DNA of 12,546 nucleotides from an uncultured bacterium (lineage in GTDB: Bacteria > Schekmanbacteria > GWA2-38-11 > J061): the NCBI GenBank assembly GCA_964549305.1, contig CAZJVM010000070.1, forward strand, positions 1-12,546. The letters run 5' to 3'. Shown here in pieces: positions 1 through 8,443 of the stretch. The notes under the pieces are model-generated. The model did not search any database. It was not told the origin of the DNA and saw only the letters and a program-made list of their open reading frames with translations. The first letter of the stretch is position 1. The number at the start of each line of letters is the position of its first letter. A program made the translations under genes and the position numbers.

Positions 1-17
1 CGGAAGGGAGTTTAGTT

Positions 18-2456
18 TTAAATCCTGAAAAACTCTTTTACTTTTTTTACTGCCTCGAGGGCATCTTTCGCGTAAAGAGAAGCGCCTATTTTATCGGCAA
101 AGCTTTGTGTTACCACTGCACCTCCCACTGCAACGGGTATTTTTATATTCTTGTCCCGAAGCGATTTTATTACTGTTTCCATCTGCATTACGGTGGTAGT
201 CATCAGCGCTGAAAGCCCTATCAGGTCAACCTTGTTTTTCTCCGCTTCTGCCAATATGGTTTCGCAGGGCACATTCTTGCCCACGTCAATTACATTGAAT
301 CCGTGGTTTTGAAGAAGCGTGGTGAGAATGTTCTTCCCGATGTCGTGTACATCTCCTTCCACTGTTGCCATTAGAATTTTTTTACCTGTCTGTTCACCCG
401 TTTCCTTCATATCCCGCTTGATTCTTTTCAACGCCTTTTCGATTACTTCCGCGGACATGAGCACCTGAGGAAGAAACATCGTGTTGTCGCGAAAGGATTC
501 GCCGACTTTTTCAAGAGCGGGAATGAGGTATTTGTTGCTTATGTCAAGGGGGGCGACTCCCTCGTCCAACGCTTTTTCAACAAGAGGGATGATTGCATCC
601 TTGTCACCTTCTATTACGGATTTTAAAACTTTATCTTCCATGCTTGCGGGCTCATCGCTGACCGATACCTTTCCCGATGCCTGTTTCTGTCCGCTTCCCG
701 ATTCCTTTAGCTCGAGGTTTGTCGAAGTGGTGAAGTTGATATATTTTACCGCGCCCCTGTCAAAACCTGTTAGAAGTGACGCGGTGACAATTGTCTCCTG
801 TATGCGCGCCTCGAGGGGATTGATTATTGCCGCATCGAGACCCTTTGCAATTGCCATTGTAAGAAACGCCGAGTTTACCGTGTTTCGCGAAGGAAGTCCG
901 TGGGATACATTGCTTACGCCGAGAATTGTGGGAATGTTCAGCTTTGTTTTTACAAGCTCTACTGCGCGCAAAGTTTCAAGGGCGCAATCGGGTTGTGCCG
1001 CAACTGTGGATACCACGCAGTCCGCAATAATGTCTTCACGGCGAAGCCCTTCCTTTTCCGCGCGCTCGACAATCTGCCTGATTATATCGAATTTTTCTTC
1101 CGCAGTCTCCGGTACGCCTTTTTCATTGACTGCGAGGGCAAGGACCGCGGCGCCGTATTTTTTCGCGATGGGAAGAATCGAGGAAAGTTTTGACTCCTCG
1201 CCACTTACGGAGTTGATAATAGCTTTTCCCGAAAATGCCTTTAACCCCGCCTCGATTGCCTCGGGATTTGACGAATCTATCATAAGGGGTACATCGGCGG
1301 CAGACTGCACTTCGTAAACTGCCCTTGAAATAAGCTCCACTTCGTCTGCGCCCGGTATGCCCATATTGATATCGAGCATAGCCGCGCCTGCCTTCACCTG
1401 CCTGATTGCGTCTTCGCGCACAAGGGAGAAATCTCCTGCCTGGACTTTCTCCGATAATATCCTTCGCCTCGTAGGATTGATTCTCTCTCCGACTACCGTA
1501 AAGGGATTGCCCCCTCCTATTGCGTGAAGCGTTGTCCTTCCCGCGACAAAAAGACCCTCGGGGGATTTTCTTCTTTTCGGTTTCAGCCCTTTTACGGCTT
1601 TTTTCATTTCGGCAAGGTGCGCGGGAGTCGTGCCGCAACAACCTCCGATTATGCTTGCCCCGGCGCAAACAAGCTTCTTCGCGCCTTCGGACATATCCTG
1701 CGGTGTCGCGGGAAAGACCGTTTTGCCTTCAACGAGTTCGGGAAGTCCCGCATTGGGCTGAAAGATTAGCGGAGTTTTTGAAACCGATGCCATTTTTTCG
1801 GCAATCTCAGCCATACCTTCGGCGCCGAGACTGCAGTTCGCGCCCAGCGCGCTCACATCGAGGGCATCGATTATTACCGCGGCAATTTCAGGAGTAACTC
1901 CCACGAGGGTGCGAAGATTTGTCTGGAAGGTCATTGTGGCGATAACCGGTTTGTCAGTTACCGATTTTGCCGCGATTACTGCCGCCTTGAGCTCTGATGG
2001 CTCGTCCATTGTTTCGATTATGATTATGTCCGCGCCTGCGTCAACGCACGCCTTTATCTGATTTCTGAAAGCTTCGACGGCATCGTCGAATTTAAGATTT
2101 CCAACGGGATAGATTAGTTTTCCCGTAGGCCCTATTGACGCGGCGATTAGGGCTTTTCCGTCCGATATGTCCCTGAGCGTCTTTATCCCTTCAAAATTTA
2201 TCTTATATACATCTTCCCGGAGTGAGTGCTCTTCAAGCTTGATACTGCTTGCGCCGAAAGTGTTTGTTTCGAGTGCTTCGCATCCGGCGTCAATATATAG
2301 TTTCGCGATTTTCTGAAGCCAGTCCGGATGATTTATATTTATCATTTCAGGAGGAAGATTTTTTTCGAATGGCTTGTTTTGAAGCATTGTGCCGGTGGCA
2401 CCGTCAAATAGAAAAATTCTTTCACTCAGCGTTTTTTCGAATTCTTTTTTATTCAT
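18..2456 (-). CDS. metH: Cobalamin-dependent methionine synthase (homocysteine-binding, pterin-binding, cap and B12-binding domains; no C-terminal AdoMet reactivation domain)
   Basis: Homocysteine domain: FDGATGT, ETNTFGA, ASIGPTG and the Zn-ligand motifs GANCSLG and IIGGCCGT. Pterin domain: VGERINPT, LDINMG, IDSS, INSVSGE, GVSNVSHG. Cap: FLPQVLMSAE. B12 domain: GDVHDIGKNI, GLSALMTTT, VGGA. The protein ends at 812 aa just after the B12 domain. Confidence 0.93.
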   Translation of the reverse strand: MNKKEFEKTLSERIFLFDGATGTMLQNKPFEKNLPPEMININHPDWLQKIAKLYIDAGCEALETNTFGASSIKLEEHSLREDVYKINFEGIKTLRDISDGKALIAASIGPTGKLIYPVGNLKFDDAVEAFRNQIKACVDAGADIIIIETMDEPSELKAAVIAAKSVTDKPVIATMTFQTNLRTLVGVTPEIAAVIIDALDVSALGANCSLGAEGMAEIAEKMASVSKTPLIFQPNAGLPELVEGKTVFPATPQDMSEGAKKLVCAGASIIGGCCGTTPAHLAEMKKAVKGLKPKRRKSPEGLFVAGRTTLHAIGGGNPFTVVGERINPTRRRILSEKVQAGDFSLVREDAIRQVKAGAAMLDINMGIPGADEVELISRAVYEVQSAADVPLMIDSSNPEAIEAGLKAFSGKAIINSVSGEESKLSSILPIAKKYGAAVLALAVNEKGVPETAEEKFDIIRQIVERAEKEGLRREDIIADCVVSTVAAQPDCALETLRAVELVKTKLNIPTILGVSNVSHGLPSRNTVNSAFLTMAIAKGLDAAIINPLEARIQETIVTASLLTGFDRGAVKYINFTTSTNLELKESGSGQKQASGKVSVSDEPASMEDKVLKSVIEGDKDAIIPLVEKALDEGVAPLDISNKYLIPALEKVGESFRDNTMFLPQVLMSAEVIEKALKRIKRDMKETGEQTGKKILMATVEGDVHDIGKNILTTLLQNHGFNVIDVGKNVPCETILAEAEKNKVDLIGLSALMTTTVMQMETVIKSLRDKNIKIPVAVGGAVVTQSFADKIGASLYAKDALEAVKKVKEFFRI

Positions 2457-2464
2457 TGAAAAAT

Positions 2465-3268
2465 CTAATTATTTTTTTTGTTTTCCCTGATGTTTACCGC
2501 TTCAGCGGGTTGTCTCATTTTGTAGATGAAGAAAGCGATTGCTGCGGGCACGAGTATGAGCGCGACGCCCTGTGATGTGGAAATGAGATTTTCGATTATG
2601 AATCCTCTGTCATCACCTCTGAAAAATTCCACGCAAAATCTTGCCGTGCCGTAAAGGATTACATACAGGATGGCATTTTGTCCGTCAAACTTCTTTTTCT
2701 TTAGCGAGAAATGAAGAATTATGAAAATTAAGAGATTGAAAATGCTTTCATATATTTGCGTCGGGTGAATATGAAGTCCAAGCACCTGATAGGCGAGACC
2801 CTTTGGATTGGTGAATGTAACTGCCCAGGGAACATCCGTTTCTCTCCCGTAACAGCATCCTGCCATAAAACATCCCACTCTGCCGAATGCGTGACCAAGA
2901 GGAAGCGCAGTCGCGAAGATATCGATGAATTTCCAGGGGGGCATCTTTTTTCTTTTCAGGAGAAAGTATCCCACGGGAAGTGCCACAAGAAATCCGCCGT
3001 AGAAAACGAGTCCGCCTTCCCACACTTTGAATATGGAAAGCAGGTCATCACGATAATATCTGAATTCCACGATCACATACATAATACGGGCGCCGATTAT
3101 TCCCGCGATGACGAGATAAAGAGTTATGTCGAGGGCATTTTGCACATCGAGATTTTCCCTCTCTGCCTGCTTCATAATATAGAAAAGGGCAAGGAGTATG
3201 CCTATGGCAATGAGCGTGCCGTAGGTTTTTATTTCAAGCCCGAAAATATTGAAAAGTATGGGATGCAC
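2465..3268 (-). CDS. lgt: Prolipoprotein diacylglyceryl transferase
   Basis: Multi-TM membrane protein with Lgt motifs IGARIMYV, WEGGLVFYGG, GRVGCFMAGCCYG, HPTQIYE and RFCVEFFR. GTG start with an AAAGGA SD-like sequence about 10 nt upstream. Confidence 0.96.
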   Translation of the reverse strand: MHPILFNIFGLEIKTYGTLIAIGILLALFYIMKQAERENLDVQNALDITLYLVIAGIIGARIMYVIVEFRYYRDDLLSIFKVWEGGLVFYGGFLVALPVGYFLLKRKKMPPWKFIDIFATALPLGHAFGRVGCFMAGCCYGRETDVPWAVTFTNPKGLAYQVLGLHIHPTQIYESIFNLLIFIILHFSLKKKKFDGQNAILYVILYGTARFCVEFFRGDDRGFIIENLISTSQGVALILVPAAIAFFIYKMRQPAEAVNIRENKKNN

Positions 3269-3304
3269 TGAGTCACAATCCTTTAAATATTAAGCATTTT
3301 CTGC

Positions 3305-3334
3305 ATTATAGATTTATATAAGCTGAAGCGTCAA
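3305..3334 (-). promoter_or_regulatory. Putative sigma70 promoter for lgt-metH
   Basis: On the minus strand, TTGACG (3334-3329), an 18-nt spacer and TATAAT (3310-3305), lying 36 nt upstream of the lgt GTG. Confidence 0.65.
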
Positions 3335-3410
3335 GAAATTATATGGGAAAGGGAGCTTTTTTATGATAAAATCGGTAATAAAATCAATAAGAAAGCAGTG
3401 ATTTTATATC

Positions 3411-3439
3411 TTGACTTCAGTAAGATTTTCTGTTAAAAT
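3411..3439 (+). promoter_or_regulatory. Putative sigma70 promoter for gyrA with extended -10
   Basis: TTGACT (3411-3416), a 17-nt spacer and TAAAAT (3434-3439), with TG at 3431-3432. SD GAGGAG at 3484-3489. Confidence 0.75.
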
Positions 3440-3491
3440 TAGTGTAATTAAAGCATATAAAAATATAATAAAATATAAATTTTGAGGAGAA

Positions 3492-5921
3492 ATGATGTCA
3501 TCTGCCATATCAACTAATCTGATTCCCGTCAATATCGAAGACGAGATGAAGAATTCCTACATTGATTACGCGATGAGTGTAATCATAGGAAGAGCGCTTC
3601 CGGATGTGCGCGACGGATTGAAACCCGTACATCGCAGGGTTTTGTTTGCAATGGATGAATTACATCTTGTTTACAATAAGCCCTATAAAAAGTCGGCGAG
3701 AGTAGTCGGAGAAGTGCTTGGTAAATATCATCCTCACGGCGATTCCGCAGTTTATGACACGATGATAAGAATGGTGCAGGATTTTTCGCTTCGTTATCCT
3801 CTCATAGACGGACAGGGGAATTTCGGCTCAGTTGACGGTGATTCCGCCGCGGCAATGCGTTACACGGAAGTCAGAATGTCGAAGATTGCCCAGGAGATGT
3901 TGAGGGACATCGACAAGGAGACAGTGGACTTCATTCCAAATTTTGATGAAACACTTGCCGAGCCCGTAGTACTTCCTGCAAGAATTCCCAATTTGCTCGT
4001 CAACGGCTCATCGGGTATCGCGGTGGGAATGGCAACGAATATTCCGCCTCACAATCTCGGCGAAGTTGTGGACGCGGCAGTGCATCTTGTTAACAATCCC
4101 GACTCTACCATCGAGGAGCTCGCAAATTTCGTTCCGGGTCCTGATTTTCCCACAGGCGCATATATATGCGGAAAAAACGGTATCCGCGACGCGTACAGAA
4201 CCGGCAGAGGAAAGCTGATTTTAAGGGGAAAGAGTTTCATCGAGGAGCTGAAAAACGGAAGGCAGAATATCATTATCACCGAGCTTCCCTATCAGGTTAA
4301 CAAGGCAAAACTCATTGAAGCTATCGCGCATCTTGTAAAAGATAAAAAAGTTGAGGGAATCTCCGACCTTCGCGACGAGTCTGACAGAGATGGGATGAGA
4401 ATATTCATCGGGCTCAAGCGCGACGCAATTGCTAAAGTGGTCCTCAACAATCTTTATAAGCATACTCAGCTTCAGCAGACCTTCGGAATCATAATGCTTT
4501 CTATGGTTAACGGAGAGCCCAAAGTCTTGAATCTCAAGGAAACACTGAGCTACTTCGTTGAATTCAGGAAAGAGATTATCGTAAAGCGCACCCGTTATGA
4601 TTTGAGAAAGGCCGAAGAGAAAGCCCACATACTCGAAGGTTTGAAAACGGCAGTCGAGAATATCGATGAGGTTGTGGCACTCATCAAGAAAGCGAAGAAT
4701 CCCGCTGACGCAAAGGAACAACTGATGAAGCGTTTTCCGCTCTCTGAAATTCAGGCAAAGGAAATTCTCATAATGCAGCTTCAGCGCCTCACCGGGCTTG
4801 AGAGAGATAAAATTATATCAGACTACAAGGAAACCCTTAAGCTTATTGCCGAATACAAGGCCATACTCTCGAACGAGCAGAAGGTCAGGGATATAGTGAG
4901 CAAGGAACTGCTCGAGGTGAAGGAAGAGTATGACGATGAAAGGCGCACAGAAATCATAGCCGATCCAACTGACTTCGATCGCGAGGACCTCATCAAGAAG
5001 GAAGATATGGCGGTGACCATTTCCCACACAGGTTACATCAAGAGAAACGCCCTGAGCGTTTACCAAAGCCAGAGGCGGGGCGGTAAGGGAAAAACGGGTA
5101 TGACCACGAGAACCGAAGATTTTGTGGAACATTTGTTCATTGCCAGCACGCACGACTTTATTCTTTTCTTTTCAAATTTCGGAAAAGTTTACTGGATAAA
5201 GGTTTACGAAATTCCCGAACTTGGCAGAAGCGCAAAGGGAAGAGCGATTGTCAATCTGCTCAATCTTTCTGCTGGTGAAAATATTTGCGCTTCCGTTCCT
5301 GTGTCGGAGTTTGATTCAGAGCATTATGTGACAATGGTGACGAGCAAGGGCATTATCAAGAAGACCACGCTCGATGCCTTCAGTCATCCGCGGGCAGGCG
5401 GAATCATCGCTGTCAACCTTGATGAAGGTGACGAGCTTGTTTCAGTGAAGATTACCGACGGGGCGAAAGACATACTCATAGCAATGAGAAACGGCAAAAG
5501 CATACGTTTCCCGGAATCGGATGTAAGGACAACAGGACGTGCGACAAGAGGCGTTAAAGGCGTATCCCTTACAAATGATGACAGGGTTATAGGAATGGCA
5601 ATCGTAGATAACAGCAACAGCATTCTCTCTGTTACCGAAAAAGGTTTTGGCAAGAGGACTGCCGTTAAGGAATACAGAGTGCAGTCAAGAGGCGGAAAGG
5701 GAATCATCACCATAAAGACCACCGAAAGAAACGGCAAAGTCGTCGGAGTAAAACAGGTCAGCGATTTGGACAACATAATGATTATTGCCTCTGACGGAAA
5801 AATAATCCGCCTCAATGTGGGTGAATTATCCATAATAGGACGAAACACTCAGGGTGTAAAACTTATCGGCATTGATGAAGCAGCTAAGGTTGTTGAGGTT
5901 GCTACTATAGCTCACGAGTAA
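3492..5921 (+). CDS. gyrA: DNA gyrase subunit A (true start may be the second ATG at 3495, which has better SD spacing)
   Basis: [30 protein letters not shown] (S85/D89, equivalent to E. coli S83/D87); catalytic Tyr124 in AAAMRYTE; GyrA-box QRRGGKG (5070-5090), which distinguishes it from ParC; beta-pinwheel C-terminal repeats. Confidence 0.98.
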   Translation: MMSSAISTNLIPVNIEDEMKNSYIDYAMSVIIGRALPDVRDGLKPVHRRVLFAMDELHLVYNKPYKKSARVVGEVLGKYHPHGDSAVYDTMIRMVQDFSLRYPLIDGQGNFGSVDGDSAAAMRYTEVRMSKIAQEMLRDIDKETVDFIPNFDETLAEPVVLPARIPNLLVNGSSGIAVGMATNIPPHNLGEVVDAAVHLVNNPDSTIEELANFVPGPDFPTGAYICGKNGIRDAYRTGRGKLILRGKSFIEELKNGRQNIIITELPYQVNKAKLIEAIAHLVKDKKVEGISDLRDESDRDGMRIFIGLKRDAIAKVVLNNLYKHTQLQQTFGIIMLSMVNGEPKVLNLKETLSYFVEFRKEIIVKRTRYDLRKAEEKAHILEGLKTAVENIDEVVALIKKAKNPADAKEQLMKRFPLSEIQAKEILIMQLQRLTGLERDKIISDYKETLKLIAEYKAILSNEQKVRDIVSKELLEVKEEYDDERRTEIIADPTDFDREDLIKKEDMAVTISHTGYIKRNALSVYQSQRRGGKGKTGMTTRTEDFVEHLFIASTHDFILFFSNFGKVYWIKVYEIPELGRSAKGRAIVNLLNLSAGENICASVPVSEFDSEHYVTMVTSKGIIKKTTLDAFSHPRAGGIIAVNLDEGDELVSVKITDGAKDILIAMRNGKSIRFPESDVRTTGRATRGVKGVSLTNDDRVIGMAIVDNSNSILSVTEKGFGKRTAVKEYRVQSRGGKGIITIKTTERNGKVVGVKQVSDLDNIMIIASDGKIIRLNVGELSIIGRNTQGVKLIGIDEAAKVVEVATIAHE

Positions 5922-6037
5922 TAAGCGAAGCCTGTATTTGTCCATATACTGCGTCAAAGTCCTGATTTCACCTGCTAAGGATAAGACGGTTTTCCATAAA
6001 CCTGCTGTAATTCCCGTGCACCAAAAAAGTGAAACTC

Positions 6038-7735
6038 TTACTCCACAGGCTTAAATGAATACTTCCCGCAGAAGCTTTTAACTTTGCGGTTAAAGATGTC
6101 GGGATGTTCGAGAGCTGAATAGTGGTCCGTGTTATCGAAAATGACAATCTGCGCGTCAGGAACTTTTGCATCTGCGATAATCTTGAAAAGCGCTGTTCCC
6201 ACTTCACGATTCATCACTGCATCGTGATATCCCCAGACAAGCAGAGTGGGTACTCTCAATTTTCCCGCCTTGATATCATCAAGGGCTTTCTTCTGTAACT
6301 TTAGAAAAGCCGGACTACCGGGATGAACACCGTGTTTTGTCATCAGTTTTGTCGCTTCAATCATCTTGGGCAAAGTTATAAATTTGAAGCGGCGCGCCAC
6401 TTTCTCATCCGTAATATTGTTGAGGGAGTAGGACTCCAATTCAAATCCCCGCCTTGTGCTTTCAATGGTAGGTCCTTCGGGAGGATTCAAAAAACCGAGT
6501 GTATAAATGAAAAATGGCATCGACCTTCTCAGGGGGTCAACAGGCGCGGGCGCGCCGTCAATATTGACAAGAGATTTGACCATTTCAGGATGGTCAATAG
6601 CAATTCGCGTTACTGGCCATCCTCCCTGTGAGTGCCCGATAAGATGAACTTTTTTTATTCCCATTGCCTTTATAAATCCCAGGACGTGCTCTACTACCTG
6701 TTCATAGTGCCTGTCGTAATCTTCCTCTTTTTTCGGATTGTCCGTGTAGCCCTGTCCAAGTCTGTCCAGAGCGTATACGTGGAAGTATTTTGAGAGATAA
6801 TAAAAATTCTGCTCCCAGCTTTGCGCGTTTCCTGCGCCCCCTGCCTGTCCGCCGTGTACAAGAAGCAAAGCATCACCTTCACCCTTATCAAAATATCTTG
6901 TCCTTATTCCGTCGATGTCTAAATATTTTGCGTCTTCGTCTTTCATTGAGCCTGCCCAGGGAGGAGGCGGAAGTTTTGCATAGGCAATGCCTTCTTTTTC
7001 TTCACCTCCCGATAGTTTTATTTTTTCGACAATGATTTTCACGGGAGATTGCTGTTGTCCCCTTATTTTTACAAGCGCCCTGATTGATGAATCATTGCAG
7101 ACGGGCTGATTGAGCGGTTGTGCCGATGCCGGATTTTCTTGTGATGACCGCGCGTCAAGTTGTTGTTGAATTTCCAATCTTTGAGATTGGGGAATTTCAT
7201 CAATGTCTTCATTTGATAAAAGGGAAACTGTTGGCCATTTCCCTTCCGGAAATTTTATTTCAGATTCACGGACGAAGGAGAAATTCCCCGGATTGTCCGC
7301 CTTGATATTCAGAATTTTGTAAGGCATATCAGGGGTGGTAAGGTTTTCAAAGGATGCTTCAGGTATGATTATTCTGTCCGTGATTTCAATATTCAAATTT
7401 TCGCAAAGAGGTTTTCCGGTATTGTTGTCAACAATGCTCATCGTCGAAGCTTTTGCATTGTCTTCCGCTTTTAAAATGAGATAGATGCCCGGAATGTCCT
7501 TGTCGATATTACACATTTCAAGGTATTGCTCATATTCAACTTTTATATTGGATTCCAAAAGTCCTGCAAGTTTGTAATCTGAAGTAATATTGTTTCCGCA
7601 TATTAAGAACGCTTTTCGTTCACCTCTGTCTAAAATACCTGAATCGATGGCGCACTCATCAGCAAAGAGATATGACGGGAAGACGAGAAACGACAGTAAA
7701 GACAACAGACAGGTGAAACGAAGCAGTCTTGTCAT
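6038..7735 (-). CDS. Predicted exported alpha/beta-fold hydrolase with an unrecognised N-terminal region
   Basis: Sec-type signal (MTRLLRF, hydrophobic core, YLFA/DE). The C-terminal ~300 aa contain LLVHGG, ALDRLGQGYTD, the nucleophile elbow GHSQGG, PTLLVWGYHD (acid) and TDHY (His). SD AGGAG at 7750-7746. Confidence 0.85.
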   Translation of the reverse strand: MTRLLRFTCLLSLLSFLVFPSYLFADECAIDSGILDRGERKAFLICGNNITSDYKLAGLLESNIKVEYEQYLEMCNIDKDIPGIYLILKAEDNAKASTMSIVDNNTGKPLCENLNIEITDRIIIPEASFENLTTPDMPYKILNIKADNPGNFSFVRESEIKFPEGKWPTVSLLSNEDIDEIPQSQRLEIQQQLDARSSQENPASAQPLNQPVCNDSSIRALVKIRGQQQSPVKIIVEKIKLSGGEEKEGIAYAKLPPPPWAGSMKDEDAKYLDIDGIRTRYFDKGEGDALLLVHGGQAGGAGNAQSWEQNFYYLSKYFHVYALDRLGQGYTDNPKKEEDYDRHYEQVVEHVLGFIKAMGIKKVHLIGHSQGGWPVTRIAIDHPEMVKSLVNIDGAPAPVDPLRRSMPFFIYTLGFLNPPEGPTIESTRRGFELESYSLNNITDEKVARRFKFITLPKMIEATKLMTKHGVHPGSPAFLKLQKKALDDIKAGKLRVPTLLVWGYHDAVMNREVGTALFKIIADAKVPDAQIVIFDNTDHYSALEHPDIFNRKVKSFCGKYSFKPVE

Positions 7736-7910
7736 TCTATATTTTCTCCTTTTATTATCGATTATTCCTTACTACTGCTCTTCAAGATATTTTAAAAACA
7801 GGTTTTGATAGAGTTTAACATTTTGATTATATTGGATGCCATTACATTATTAAAAATGATATTGTCTTTAAAAAAGATTTAATCACCACAAAGTTTTTTT
7901 GTCCCTGTAG

Positions 7911-7990
7911 TCTGTGTGTTCAATGGTTTATGTTTTTGATTTTAATATTTTTTACCACGCAACACACGGAACACACTGAGTGTTTCGTGT
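7911..7990. repeat. Degenerate AACACAC-based repeat and inverted-repeat cluster
   Basis: AACACAC at 7961 and 7970 (9-nt period). An 11-bp stem 7964-7974/7980-7990 with one G:U pair and a 5-nt loop. 7911-7929 is an imperfect reverse complement of 7952-7970 (13/19 identical). Confidence 0.45.
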
Positions 7991-8011
7991 TATGGGAAAT
8001 CCAAGAAGTTA

Positions 8012-8041
8012 TTGACACTCATTTTAGTAGATTGATATAAA
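8012..8041 (+). promoter_or_regulatory. Putative sigma70 promoter of the ACP operon
   Basis: TTGACA (8012-8017), an 18-nt spacer and TATAAA (8036-8041), with extended -10 TG at 8033-8034, about 100 nt upstream of the ACP start. Confidence 0.6.
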
Positions 8042-8047
8042 TATCAA
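8032..8047. promoter_or_regulatory. Operator-like palindrome overlapping the -10 box
   Basis: TTGATAT-AA-ATATCAA, a perfect 7-bp inverted repeat with a 2-nt spacer. Confidence 0.45.
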
Positions 8048-8140
8048 AGAGATAGCATAATGTGGCGCATTTTTTCATAGGATTGCGCCCCGATTGTCCG
8101 ATTCCATTAGCTTCAAAACCTATGAAAGGCAGAAAAATAA

Positions 8141-8443
8141 ATGAATGAAAAAGTGATTCAGATAATCTTCGATGTGGTTGACGAAGTTAACGAGGAATTG
8201 CCGGAAGAATCCCGCCTTGAAAAATCCCCCGATACAGTGCTTTTCGGTGAATCGGGAAAACTCGATTCTTTGGGGCTTGTCAATCTCGTTGTTGCCGTGG
8301 AAGAGAATCTCGAGGACGAATTCGGGAAAGCGATATCCCTTACCGACGAGAAGGCGATGTCGCAGAAAAGAAGCCCATTCAAAACGGTGAAGACTCTCGC
8401 CGAATACATTACAACTCTTCTTGAGGAGAAGGACAATAGCTGA
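8141..8443 (+). CDS. Acyl carrier protein (specialised, stand-alone)
   Basis: Small, very acidic 100-aa protein with the phosphopantetheine site GKLDSLGLV (Ser43), followed by VAVEENLEDEFG and a C-terminal TVKTLAEYI helix. Confidence 0.9.
   Translation: MNEKVIQIIFDVVDEVNEELPEESRLEKSPDTVLFGESGKLDSLGLVNLVVAVEENLEDEFGKAISLTDEKAMSQKRSPFKTVKTLAEYITTLLEEKDNS

Noticed and set aside
481-1317. 278-aa plus-strand ORF and other short ORFs overlapping metH, lgt, gyrA and the accessory genes
   Set aside because: They are antisense or off-frame shadows of well-supported genes and show no recognisable motifs.
3455-3480. Three ATATAA copies in the gyrA leader
   Set aside because: Low-complexity AT-rich sequence with irregular spacing.
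3729-3758. Possible quinolone-resistance substitutions in the GyrA QRDR
   Set aside because: Ser85 and Asp89 match the susceptible-type residues (E. coli S83/D87).
5922-6037. CCTG at 5931, 5961, 5971 and 6001 in 10-bp phase, and a minus-strand FLVHG peptide echoing the hydrolase motif
   Set aside because: The matches are too short to exceed chance. I saw no extended repeat, terminator hairpin or DNA-level duplication.
8064-8089. GGCGCA/TGCGCC stem in the ACP operon leader as a possible riboswitch, terminator or ops site
   Set aside because: Only a 6-bp stem with a 14-nt loop, no following U-tract and no ops consensus.
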